The position numbers and the translations under genes are program-made. A stretch of 52,221 nucleotides of DNA from Deltaproteobacteria bacterium (lineage in GTDB: Bacteria; Desulfobacterota; Desulfobulbia; Desulfobulbales; Desulfocapsaceae): contig PDQP01000050.1 in assembly GCA_002747805.1 (NCBI GenBank), positions 1-52,221 on the forward strand, written 5' to 3'. Below, one piece after another: positions 44,103 through 52,221 of the stretch; the stretch's first letter is position 1; the number at the start of each line of letters is the position of its first letter. Below the pieces are notes generated by a model. The model saw only the letters and a list, made by a program, of their open reading frames with translations. It searched no databases and was not told where the DNA came from.

Positions 44103-46619
44103 ATGAAATCTAAACTAACCATTTTCCTGCTCATTCTTGCCTTTATCGCTGCCCTGTCGGCTGCCGGGCTGCCTTTTCTGGTCAATCGGCTGATTTTGCC
44201 CAAGGCTGCCGCCATGATTCCGGCCGATCAGGCCGAGCTTGTCATCACCAGCATATCGCCGCATCGGCTGACGGCCTCGATCAGTATCAGCAATCACCAG
44301 GCCCCGTCAATCAGCCTGCCCAGGCTGGTCATTGACTATTCACCTATGGATTTATTGCGCGGCAGATTAAACAGCCTGCTTATTCAACATGCCGGAATTA
44401 AAATAAATATAGCGGACGGCATGATAGCAGGAATATCTGGTTCAAAAGCAGGGAAGGATGCCGAAGAGCAACACGATCTGGAAAAAATTCTCTCCAGCCT
44501 GCCGGTCAGCATTGACCAGATAAGATTTAAGGATTGCAATATCTTCATCAATCAAGACGGACAAAGGCAAAAAATCATCCATCTTAACGGCCTGCTGACC
44601 GCTGACTACCAAAGGCGGCCGAGGTGGAAAAATGCCCTGAAAAAACTGCGGCTTAAACTCTCTGCCTCAGGCGGTCTCACCTGGCAGGCGGCGGCGGAAC
44701 TTCAGGATAAGGCGGGCCATTACCGGCTGGCTTATCAAGGCAGTCTGGATGGCATCCCGCCCGTAATTGCCCCGCTTATCCCAAGCAAGATCAAGGTTAA
44801 AGCGGGAAAATTAAATACTTACCTTAGCCTGAATTTGAACAAAAAAAACCTGCAGCCGCAGCTTATTGACGGCGGGATTAAGGCCGAAAATCTATTGCTG
44901 GCACAAGATAATTTGTCTATTAGTTTGGGCGATAGCGGGCAGGAACTGCTGCATTTTTCAGGCAGCCCGAAAAAAATACATTACCGGCTGACCGGATTTA
45001 GGCAAATTTCCCCGCTTCCCTTACATTTCGCCGCCTCTGGAGAGATAAAACCTGACCAGACAACCGCAATCACCGGCAAATACCAAATCGAATCACCGCT
45101 GATAACAGGACAGGCGGCCATATCCGGCAGCTATCAGTTCACCGCCGCAAAGGACGGCTTTACCGGCCTCCTGACTGCCGAAAATAAGGAGCCGGTCAGC
45201 ATCAAACTAGCCGGAACTGCAATAGACTTTTCGCCAATGCAGCTAGTAATCAAGGCAAATCAAAAAAAGGGCCGCTTAACTGCTTCACTAAAGGCAGCTC
45301 TACAAGACCTTGGTATTTCAGCAGCGGAATTTAAGGCCGCCGTCAAAAACATCCAGACCAAGGCCGAGATAACCCTTGAAAAGGGTAAGCTAAAAGGCCG
45401 GATCAACCAGGCCGTTACGGCGGTAAATCTTCCGGCAGCCGGGCTGCAAATTAACTCGGTTTCACTAAACCTGCCGCTGCAGCTTGAGCCAGGAAAAGAT
45501 GCCCTGCCCAAAGGTGAAGGCAGCCTGAAAATAGACAAAATTATCTATAATAAACAGCATCTTGCCTCTCTTAGCGGCAGCCTGAATTACAGTTCTGCAG
45601 GGGCCGGATTATCGGCCAGGCTGACCACGCCGCTGCAAAAGGATTTCGGGGCGGAAATAACCGCCCGCTCCAATTATAAAAAGCATCAATTTGCCCTGAA
45701 TATTGCCGAAACCGGTTTTAATTCCGAGACCTTGGCCGCCATTTTCCCCATACCGGATAACATCACTTTTAACGGCAGGCTGGCGGCCAAGGCCCAGCTT
45801 GGCTCTTCCGGCCCTGCCTCTGCCAGCCTGATGCTTAGTCAAACCAATATAGATTTTCCCGAAAGTAAGGCCGGGATTTACGGCATTAAAACCCGCCTTG
45901 AGCTGGCCGATCTATTTCAGAGCCGCAGCAAGCCAAGCCAGCTTCTTACCATCGAAAAGATCGAGTCGGGAGACATCCGGCTAAGTAATGCCAAAATCAC
46001 CTACCGCATTGAAAGTCCTAAGGAAATCTTTATAGAGAAAACCAGGGTTGACTGGTGCGGCGGCAAGGTGGAATCCGGCAGTCTGGCCCTGTCAAGCGAT
46101 ATAGCCGAGCTTGATACCACCCTGTATTGCGACCGGCTGGACTTTGCCATGCTGCTGAACCAGTTCGGCATTGAAGGCACCGAAGGAACCGGCTCCCTAA
46201 ACGGCAGGCTGCCGGTTCATTTTTCGGAAAAAGGCATTTTCCTTGATGACGGTTTTCTCTTTTCCACTCCGGGCAAGAGCGGTATAGTACATTTTAACAA
46301 TCTGGAAATGATCCGTTCGGGTATGCCGGCACTTGACCAGACTGCGGCTCTGGAGTATTCTGTCCGGGCCTTGCAGAATTTTGCCTATGACTGGTCGAGG
46401 CTGACCTTCAAAAGCCGCGGCGACCAGCTGACCCTCGGTATGGAACTGCAAGGCAAACCGGCGGTGCCGTTGCCTTTTGGCTATAAAAACGGGCAGCTAG
46501 TCAGCGACCCGAAGGGCGGCCTGCAGCATCCGCTCAGGCTGGATGTTAATTTTAACCTGCCGCAGGAAGATATTTTCCGGATCGGCAGAAACCTGCAGAC
46601 CTTTAAGGAGAATCTGTGA
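44103..46619 (+). CDS. ydbH: AsmA-like intermembrane lipid-transport protein, YdbH family
   Basis: 838 aa with an N-terminal TM anchor and a long beta-rich repeat body. The C-terminus resembles the DctA-YdbH domain (LNGRLPVHFSEKGIFLDDGFLFSTPGKSGIVHF). Synteny with ynbE and ydbL supports the call. Confidence 0.7.
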   Translation: MKSKLTIFLLILAFIAALSAAGLPFLVNRLILPKAAAMIPADQAELVITSISPHRLTASISISNHQAPSISLPRLVIDYSPMDLLRGRLNSLLIQHAGIKINIADGMIAGISGSKAGKDAEEQHDLEKILSSLPVSIDQIRFKDCNIFINQDGQRQKIIHLNGLLTADYQRRPRWKNALKKLRLKLSASGGLTWQAAAELQDKAGHYRLAYQGSLDGIPPVIAPLIPSKIKVKAGKLNTYLSLNLNKKNLQPQLIDGGIKAENLLLAQDNLSISLGDSGQELLHFSGSPKKIHYRLTGFRQISPLPLHFAASGEIKPDQTTAITGKYQIESPLITGQAAISGSYQFTAAKDGFTGLLTAENKEPVSIKLAGTAIDFSPMQLVIKANQKKGRLTASLKAALQDLGISAAEFKAAVKNIQTKAEITLEKGKLKGRINQAVTAVNLPAAGLQINSVSLNLPLQLEPGKDALPKGEGSLKIDKIIYNKQHLASLSGSLNYSSAGAGLSARLTTPLQKDFGAEITARSNYKKHQFALNIAETGFNSETLAAIFPIPDNITFNGRLAAKAQLGSSGPASASLMLSQTNIDFPESKAGIYGIKTRLELADLFQSRSKPSQLLTIEKIESGDIRLSNAKITYRIESPKEIFIEKTRVDWCGGKVESGSLALSSDIAELDTTLYCDRLDFAMLLNQFGIEGTEGTGSLNGRLPVHFSEKGIFLDDGFLFSTPGKSGIVHFNNLEMIRSGMPALDQTAALEYSVRALQNFAYDWSRLTFKSRGDQLTLGMELQGKPAVPLPFGYKNGQLVSDPKGGLQHPLRLDVNFNLPQEDIFRIGRNLQTFKENL

Positions 46620-46828
46620 TGACAAAAAAAACAGTTATTCTAACGCTTTTGGCATGGACGGCTCTGGTATTTGCCGGCTGCACCCGTCATCAGGTGGAGA
46701 TAAAGCCGGTGGAAATAAAGCCCATCCATATCACGGTTGATGTAAATGTAAAAATCGACAAGGAACTTGATGATTTCTTTGGCGAACTTGATGAGGCCGC
46801 TGGCGAGGCCGCCGAAACTAAAGAGTAA
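46619..46828 (+). CDS. ynbE: YnbE-family small lipoprotein
   Basis: Lipobox VFAGC, then the VEIKPVEIKPIHITVDVNVKIDKELDDFF pattern typical of YnbE. The ATG overlaps the ydbH TGA by 1 nt. Confidence 0.7.
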   Translation: MTKKTVILTLLAWTALVFAGCTRHQVEIKPVEIKPIHITVDVNVKIDKELDDFFGELDEAAGEAAETKE

Positions 46829-46840
46829 ACAGGAGACAAT

Positions 46841-47212
46841 ATGAAGAATATAAAGAAGATATGGCTGTCTGCCGTCATTATAATCAGCATTATGCTGACT
46901 GCCGCGGCTGGTTTTGCAAATGCCGTTCAAGACCGGATGAAGGCAAGGATACCAGAGATTACTGCCCTGAAAAACAAGGGGATAATTGGTGAAAACAACT
47001 TGGGATTTCTGGCCTATGTCGGCACAGCCAAGGAGCAGGAAGCCCTGATCAAGGCGGAAAATGATGACCGCCGGGCAGTCTATCAAAACATCGCCGCTAA
47101 AACCGGCACTGATGCCGCGGTGGTGGGCCAGCGGCGGGCCGCCCAGATTGCCCAGAAAGGACCGAAAGGTCAATGGTATCAGGATGGTGCCGGCAAGTGG
47201 CGCCAAAAATAG
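46841..47212 (+). CDS. ydbL: YdbL (DUF1318) periplasmic protein
   Basis: Signal peptide, then RMKARIPEITALKNKGIIGENNLGFL...ENDDRRAVYQNIAAKTG, characteristic of DUF1318. Confidence 0.75.
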   Translation: MKNIKKIWLSAVIIISIMLTAAAGFANAVQDRMKARIPEITALKNKGIIGENNLGFLAYVGTAKEQEALIKAENDDRRAVYQNIAAKTGTDAAVVGQRRAAQIAQKGPKGQWYQDGAGKWRQK

Positions 47213-47215
47213 CCG

Positions 47216-47938
47216 ATGGCCGAAGATACCCTGTTTAAGTCGGGAGACATTCAGGAAGACTTTGTTTTCAACGGCCGGGTAGCCAGGGTCTTTGATGATA
47301 TGATTGGCCGATCGGTACCCTTTTATCGGCAGGTTATTTTAGCTGCGGCCAGGATACTCGACCGGTTTCTAAAAGACGGGGACAAGGTGGTTGACCTGGG
47401 GTGTGCCACTGGTACCACCTTGATTGAACTGGCCCGTCTTTTAGAGCATAAATCTCTTTTTTATACGGGCATTGATAATTCTGCTGCCATGCTGGACAAG
47501 GCCCGGCTAAAGGCTGATTATACCGATGGCGGAAATTTTGAGTTTATCAGGCAGGATATTACCGAGCTTAACCTTGTGCCTGATGCCCTGATTCTTAATT
47601 ATACCCTGCAGTTTATCCGGCCCTTAAAAAGGGCTGATTTTGTGCAGCATCTCTTTAACCAGTTAAGGCCGGGCGGCGTTTTGATTTTAAGTGAAAAGAC
47701 CATCCAGCATGACAGCTTATTAAACCGTGAATTTATTGATATTTACCATGATTTCAAAAAGGAAATGGGCTATTCGGAACTAGAGATTGCCAAAAAACGT
47801 GAAGCCCTTGAAAATGTTCTGATTCCCTTTTCCATTGCTGAAAATACCGCCCTGTTGGAAAAGGCCGGTTTCACTCCGGTTACTGTTTTTTTTCAGTGGT
47901 TCAATTTCGCCTCTCTGGTTGCAGTAAAACCGCAATAA
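47216..47938 (+). CDS. cmoA: Carboxy-S-adenosyl-L-methionine synthase CmoA
   Basis: F.GRVARVFDDMIGRSVPFY, DLGCATG, NYTLQFI, LSEK and YHDFKKEMGYSELEIAKKREALENVL match E. coli CmoA along the whole length. Confidence 0.9.
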   Translation: MAEDTLFKSGDIQEDFVFNGRVARVFDDMIGRSVPFYRQVILAAARILDRFLKDGDKVVDLGCATGTTLIELARLLEHKSLFYTGIDNSAAMLDKARLKADYTDGGNFEFIRQDITELNLVPDALILNYTLQFIRPLKRADFVQHLFNQLRPGGVLILSEKTIQHDSLLNREFIDIYHDFKKEMGYSELEIAKKREALENVLIPFSIAENTALLEKAGFTPVTVFFQWFNFASLVAVKPQ

Positions 47939-47953
47939 CCCTCCGGCTAATCA

Positions 47954-48913
47954 ATGGATTATCTGCAATATCTGCCCGCCTCGGTTAAGGCCGATCAGGT
48001 TTTGGCTGTACATAAGGAAAGAAAGAGGTGGGTAAATCAAAATAAAAAAGGTTTTCTGCGTTACCGCAACCCGTATCAAGAGCTGTCAGGATTTAGGGCC
48101 GGGCGGGTGGACTGTTCCCAACAAGCAGTATTGATCGGCCAGGCAGATGAAATTTCACCGCAGAAGCAGCAGTTTATCAAGGAGCAGCTAAAAAAATTTA
48201 TGCCCTGGCGCAAGGGGCCTTTTTCGGTTTTCGGCACCTATATTGATGCCGAATGGCGAAGCGATTGGAAATGGCAGCGGGTTATGCCGCATCTTCCCGA
48301 TCTTAAAGGCAAAATCATTGCCGACCTTGGCTGCAGCAATGGTTATTATATGTTTAGGATGACCACGCTGGAGCCGAAATTTATTCTTGGGCTGGAACCT
48401 TCTGTCCAGCATTATTACTGCTTTAAGGCCCTAAATAAAATGGCCGGTTTTAAGCATCTGCAGATAGACCTGCTGGGAGTTGAGCATATCTCATATTTCC
48501 CGGAATGTTTTGATATAATCTTTTTGATGGGGATTATTTACCACCGCTCATCGCCAATCGAGGTGCTAAGAGATACCTGCCGGGCCTTAAGACCCGGCGG
48601 CACCCTGATTATCGAATCCCAAGGTATTTATGGAGAGGAGCCGGTCGCCCTGTTTCCGGCCAAAACCTATGCCAAGGTGCCGGGGACCTATTTTGTTCCT
48701 ACCGGCAAATGCCTTGAAAACTGGCTGGCCCGGGCAGGTTTTACCGAAATAAAACATCTTGATTCAACCCCGATGTCTTCCAGCGAGCAGCGGCAAACCG
48801 ACTGGATGAATTTTGAATCATATGCGGATTTTATCAATCCCGATAATCCCGGGCTTACCATTGAGGGTTATCCGGCCCCAATCAGAATTCTGCTTAGCGG
48901 AAAGAAAAAATAG
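47954..48913 (+). CDS. cmoB: tRNA U34 carboxymethyltransferase CmoB
   Basis: PWRKGPFSVFGTYIDAEWRSDWKWQRV and DLGCSNGYY are CmoB signatures. The gene is adjacent to cmoA. Confidence 0.9.
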   Translation: MDYLQYLPASVKADQVLAVHKERKRWVNQNKKGFLRYRNPYQELSGFRAGRVDCSQQAVLIGQADEISPQKQQFIKEQLKKFMPWRKGPFSVFGTYIDAEWRSDWKWQRVMPHLPDLKGKIIADLGCSNGYYMFRMTTLEPKFILGLEPSVQHYYCFKALNKMAGFKHLQIDLLGVEHISYFPECFDIIFLMGIIYHRSSPIEVLRDTCRALRPGGTLIIESQGIYGEEPVALFPAKTYAKVPGTYFVPTGKCLENWLARAGFTEIKHLDSTPMSSSEQRQTDWMNFESYADFINPDNPGLTIEGYPAPIRILLSGKKK

Positions 48914-48988
48914 CATCGGCCAGTGATTTTGGCTATCTAATGCAGAAATAGCCGAATTATCTTACGAAAATTTTTTTTTTGGAAATAT

Positions 48989-49588
48989 ATGAATAAAAAA
49001 GATAATAAAATCTCCCACCAAACAATGCTCAATATCTTAAATGATTTATCACCATTTAATCATGCTTGTTTAATAGGGTTTGCCACGGTATTTTTTATGC
49101 CTTTTATATTTGGCTCACATTTTTCTGATTACCAGGGGGTTACTCCATTTACCCAATCCATGACAGCCGCCTCCGGCAGAATCAGATTATTGAATGATAG
49201 TGTGATGCTGTATTTCATTTTTGTTTTCATTCTTGTTTTTCTGGCTTATTTATTCAAGGGATTATCAGATAAGGTGGTTATGGAATTCAAGCAGGCTGCT
49301 CGTCCTCACCGCAGAAAAAATAGAGAGACTGACAATCCTCAAAGAACCATTTTTTTTACCGCATGCTTTTTAATGTTTATCAATTTTTCCTGGGTATGGG
49401 CGTTTACTTTTAGCTCCATTGGAAAATCCAGAATTATAAGCAGTATTTTAAGTGGTTCAGAGTTTTTTATTGCCGTATATATTTTATCTGGTTTTTTAGC
49501 CAATTTATATTTATTTGTCTATGCACTTTTAATGATGGAAGCAAGAAAACATATCGTTTTTATAGAAAATAGTTCGGCGGCACCATAA
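48989..49588 (+). CDS. AT-rich hypothetical polytopic membrane protein
   Basis: 199-aa ORF with about four hydrophobic spans. It has no recognisable family motif and is visibly AT-rich relative to its neighbours. Confidence 0.5.
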   Translation: MNKKDNKISHQTMLNILNDLSPFNHACLIGFATVFFMPFIFGSHFSDYQGVTPFTQSMTAASGRIRLLNDSVMLYFIFVFILVFLAYLFKGLSDKVVMEFKQAARPHRRKNRETDNPQRTIFFTACFLMFINFSWVWAFTFSSIGKSRIISSILSGSEFFIAVYILSGFLANLYLFVYALLMMEARKHIVFIENSSAAP

Positions 49589-49617
49589 AACTAGTTCAAT
49601 ACAGGCAACGGTGTTGC

Positions 49618-49650
49618 GGTCTGCACTCCATCAGTAACAGAATGCAGACC
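49618..49650. terminator. Hairpin between convergent genes
   Basis: 8-bp stem GGTCTGCA-N17-TGCAGACC followed by AAAA. A second short GC palindrome (GGGCTAGCCC) lies at 49662-49671. There is no strong U-tract. Confidence 0.35.
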
Positions 49651-49674
49651 AAAACCACGGGCGGGCTAGCCCGG

Positions 49675-50208
49675 CTATCTGGCAAGCCTGACCCATGAAG
49701 CCTGCGGCCCCTTATCGCCCATACTTTCGCCGTAAGCCACCCGATCGCCTTCGTTTAGATCATCAATTTTGACATCCTTTAAGGCGTTTTCATGGAAATA
49801 GACCTCCCTTTCATCCATACCGGTAATAAAGCCATATGATTCATGGGGCGAGACCTTGCTGATCATGCCGTGCCTGTCGCCATCAGGGCCGCCCTCAACA
49901 TGTTTAATATTTTTCCTTTTCTTTCTTAAATTCTCCTTTAATTGAAGGGATAAGACATCAAAGGACTCAACCAGGGCCGCCCGAACCGAACCGCCCTTTC
50001 GGGCCACCACCACCGTATCCCCCGGCACTGTGGCAACCAGCTTGATTTCAAAGCCGCCCTCCTTATGATGAGCGGTCTCTTCAATAGTAACTCTTAAATG
50101 AAGCACAAAGCCTGCATAATGACGGATTAATTTTTCCTTTTCCTCTTCTATCCTGGTCTGCCATCCCTTCTTTAATTCAACATTACGGGTTTCAATCTTA
50201 AGTTCCAT
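49675..50208 (-). CDS. hpf: Ribosome hibernation factor (HPF/RaiA family) fused to a C-terminal cold-shock domain
   Basis: N-terminus MELKIETRNVELKKGWQTRIEEEKEKLIRHYAGFVLHLRVTIE...EIKLVATVPGDTVVVARK matches the S30AE/HPF fold pattern. The C-terminus GMISKVSPHESYGFITGMDEREVYFHENAL...LNEGDRVAY...KGPQASWVRL aligns with CspA (YGFIT / VFVHFSAI / L.EGQ.V.F / KGPAA). Start at 50208 behind a GGAGG RBS. Confidence 0.75.
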   Translation of the reverse strand: MELKIETRNVELKKGWQTRIEEEKEKLIRHYAGFVLHLRVTIEETAHHKEGGFEIKLVATVPGDTVVVARKGGSVRAALVESFDVLSLQLKENLRKKRKNIKHVEGGPDGDRHGMISKVSPHESYGFITGMDEREVYFHENALKDVKIDDLNEGDRVAYGESMGDKGPQASWVRLAR

Positions 50209-50495
50209 AAGTTTCCTCCAATAAATGCCCGGCAACAGCCAAGGCTATAATATCCCCGCCGCAGGTCATCTGTCAGACGGGCCAGCTTATAAGCCATAGG
50301 TACCAGATAAAGATTCTTTTGGAAATAAAAATGAGGCATAATGAAATAGCGGAGGTGTTAGACCGATCTTGTAAACGGCTCGGTACCGCGGGAAGTCCTG
50401 ACCAGAAAAATATTGCAATTATCGCTGAAATCTGGCATCAGTTTTTAGTTTACAAAATATACAAGTATATGGTAGTAAACCTTTCCAAATTGGCG

Positions 50496-50572
50496 GGTCC
50501 CGTAGCTCAGCAGGATAGAGCACCAGATTCCTAATCTGGGTGTCGCAGGTTCGAATCCTGCCGGGATCACCA
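50496..50572 (+). tRNA. tRNA-Arg (anticodon CCT)
   Basis: Manual cloverleaf. The 7-bp acceptor stem is GGTCCCG/CGGGATC with one G-T pair. D arm GCTC-AGCAGGATA-GAGC. Anticodon arm CCAGA-TTCCTAA-TCTGG. Variable loop GTGTC. T arm GCAGG-TTCGAAT-CCTGC. Discriminator A with an encoded CCA. Confidence 0.9.
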
Positions 50573-50867
50573 TTTTTTTTGGGGAAGTTCAAAATCGAAC
50601 CATCACCTTTAGTAATTCCTGCAGGTTTCGTATGGCAAAACGGCTCCTTTTTACGAAACCATCGTTACTTGCCACAAGTTAAAATCATTTTACCTCGTTG
50701 ATTTACGGGCGGTATAGAAAAATGATAGGTATTGCCTGCATTTTCCGCCGTTAAAAAGCGTAAATTTGAATCGCGGAAAACTAATTTTTTGGTACTTCCA
50801 CCTACAGTTTCAAGTTGCCCATGCGGAGAATAACCTATATAATCACCGCAAATAATGCGGAGATTAT

Positions 50868-51998
50868 ATGTGGATTTATGAAGAAAAAGACTGGCCGAAC
50901 TTTATCTGGAACAATGAAACCATCTTGCCGCTGCTTGCAGAAGCACGGCATCAGCAGGGACGCTTGCTGGGCAAAGTGGAGGAGCTTGGTTTTGCCGTTC
51001 GGCAAGAGGCAACTCTTGATATACTGACCGCTGATGTTGTAACCTCCTCGGCCATAGAGGGCGAAAGGTTTGATACCGATGAGGTAAGATCATCTATTGC
51101 CGGAAAGCTGGGAATTCCCCTGCCCAGGGAGGTTGCAGTTGGGCGGGGTGTTGACGGTATGGTCGAGATGATGCTGGATGCAGTGCAAAACTGCCGAAAA
51201 CCGCTGACCGCAGAGCGTTTATTCGGCTGGCATGCAGCTCTTTTTCCAACAGGCAGGAGCGGTATGCACCGCATTACTGTCGCCGGATGGCGGGTTGCAG
51301 AGGCAGGAGCCATGCAGGTTGTATCGGGGCCGATAGGACATGAAAAGGTGCATTATGAGGCGCCGGAGGCATCTATGCTTGATGCGGAAATGACAAAATT
51401 TCTCTTATGGTTTGAAGCAAAATTAAGCCTTGATCCGGTTATTAAAGCAGGCATTGCCCATTTATGGTTTGTTACTCTCCATCCCTTTGAAGACGGAAAT
51501 GGACGGATTGCACGGGCAATTTCAGATATGGTGCTGGCCAGGGCAGACGGGACTTCCGGCCGCTTTTATTCCATGTCCAGGCAGATCGAAAACGAACGCA
51601 GGGAATATTATACCCGTCTTGAGAGGCAACAGAGGGGCGGTCTTGATATTACCCCATGGCTGTTATGGTTTTTGACCTGTTTTTCCCATGCTGTTGATGA
51701 TGCAGAAAGTACGCTTGCCTTGGTTCTTTTCAAAGCAAGGTTGTGGAATTTTATCAGTCAATTCCGTATAAATAAGCGGCAGACCCTTATGATAAGCCGC
51801 CTGCTTGACGGGTTTGAGGGTAAGCTGACCACCTCTAAATATGCTAAAATCACCAAATGCTCACCAGATACCGCCCTGAGGGATATTAGAGAGCTGGTTG
51901 CCCAAAATATTTTTGTGCAGAACCCGGGCGGCGGGCGGAGTACAAGTTACCGCCTGATAACGGCAGATGAGGTAAAATATTTCTTAAGGGAATCTTGA
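50868..51998 (+). CDS. Fic-family protein with N-terminal DUF4172, class II (auto-inhibited) AMPylase-type
   Basis: Fic active-site motif HPFEDGNGRIAR at 51480-51515. An N-terminal inhibitory-helix motif (S/T)xxxE(G/N), here SSAIEG, lies at 51045-51062. A winged-helix-like C-terminus is present. Confidence 0.9.
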   Translation: MWIYEEKDWPNFIWNNETILPLLAEARHQQGRLLGKVEELGFAVRQEATLDILTADVVTSSAIEGERFDTDEVRSSIAGKLGIPLPREVAVGRGVDGMVEMMLDAVQNCRKPLTAERLFGWHAALFPTGRSGMHRITVAGWRVAEAGAMQVVSGPIGHEKVHYEAPEASMLDAEMTKFLLWFEAKLSLDPVIKAGIAHLWFVTLHPFEDGNGRIARAISDMVLARADGTSGRFYSMSRQIENERREYYTRLERQQRGGLDITPWLLWFLTCFSHAVDDAESTLALVLFKARLWNFISQFRINKRQTLMISRLLDGFEGKLTTSKYAKITKCSPDTALRDIRELVAQNIFVQNPGGGRSTSYRLITADEVKYFLRES

Positions 51999-52095
51999 AT
52001 AATTGTTTCTTCCAGATTATCGATGGATTCGTAAAAACTCCGCTCTACTTCGCCTAAGGGGCTTGAACGGCATTGCCCCTACATAAATTTCAACC

Positions 52096-52221
52096 GTAGG
52101 GGCGGCTTCCATATCCGACCGTAATGGATTAGGGCAGAAATAGATTCTGCCCCTACGTGGGTGGTAATGTAGGGGCGGATTCTATATCCGCCCTTTAGAT
52201 TTATATATGAATGGATTAGGG
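52096..52221. repeat. Second cluster of the same REP-like palindromic elements, running off the window end
   Basis: Subtype B variants at 52096-52120 (GTAGGGGCGGCTTCCATATCCGACC) and 52169-52193 (GTAGGGGCGGATTCTATATCCGCCC). Subtype A at 52131-52156. The linker GTAATGGATT precedes an A copy, as at 32614-32623, and a related AATGGATTAGGG at 52210-52221 may start another copy. Confidence 0.8.

Noticed and set aside
50319-50534. 71-aa ORF upstream of and overlapping the tRNA
   Set aside because: Its 3' end is the tRNA-Arg gene itself. It has no RBS or recognisable motif, so it is probably promoter or leader sequence of the tRNA.
50573-50867. Possible integrase or att remnants, or a decayed minus-strand gene, in the tRNA-Fic spacer
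   Set aside because: No repeat of the tRNA 3' end was found in the window. The longest minus-strand reading frame (...LETVGGSTKKLVFRDSNLRFLTAENAGNTYHFSIPPVNQRGKMILTCGK) has no start codon and no motif I recognise.

Overview
This is a gene-dense 52.2-kb bacterial chromosomal segment, roughly half G+C by eye. It contains dnaA with an AT-rich candidate oriC directly upstream. The gene content (NifU/NifS, ThyX, three-subunit cytochrome-b Sdh/Frd, many PilZ/REC proteins) suggests a Desulfobacterota-type anaerobe, but that is inference only. Most of the window is recognisable housekeeping: rpoD 3' end, purC, tyrS, nifUS-thyX, galE, htpG, sdhCAB, pcm, mfd, bamA, comF, dnaA, birA, ydbH-ynbE-ydbL, cmoAB, hpf and tRNA-Arg(CCT). 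The most interesting region is a roughly 17-kb, 13-gene, single-strand chemosensory supercluster at 3985-20826. It encodes a Cache-MCP, CheW, CheY, a HAMP-only membrane protein, a 1326-aa CheA with three HPt-like modules and long acidic repeat linkers, a zinc-ribbon ParA-like ATPase, an embedded ABC importer and two PilZ modules. It also encodes three REC-CheB-like proteins whose methylesterase catalytic residues all appear substituted, and no CheR is present in the window. One of these proteins carries an N-terminal PATAN/DUF4388 domain. I read this cluster as a candidate non-canonical signalling system, possibly linked to type IV pili and c-di-GMP. Other observations are a REP-like palindromic repeat family with compensatory stem changes at two loci, and a hicBA pair (hicA missing from the ORF track) next to a DUF4160 remnant. 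There are also AT-rich single-gene insertions, an HPF-cold-shock-domain fusion, an orphan biotinyl-domain protein next to birA, and a class II Fic protein beside the tRNA. No CRISPR array, rRNA, transposase or integrase was seen. All domain calls come from reading the translations against remembered family motifs, and no database search was run.
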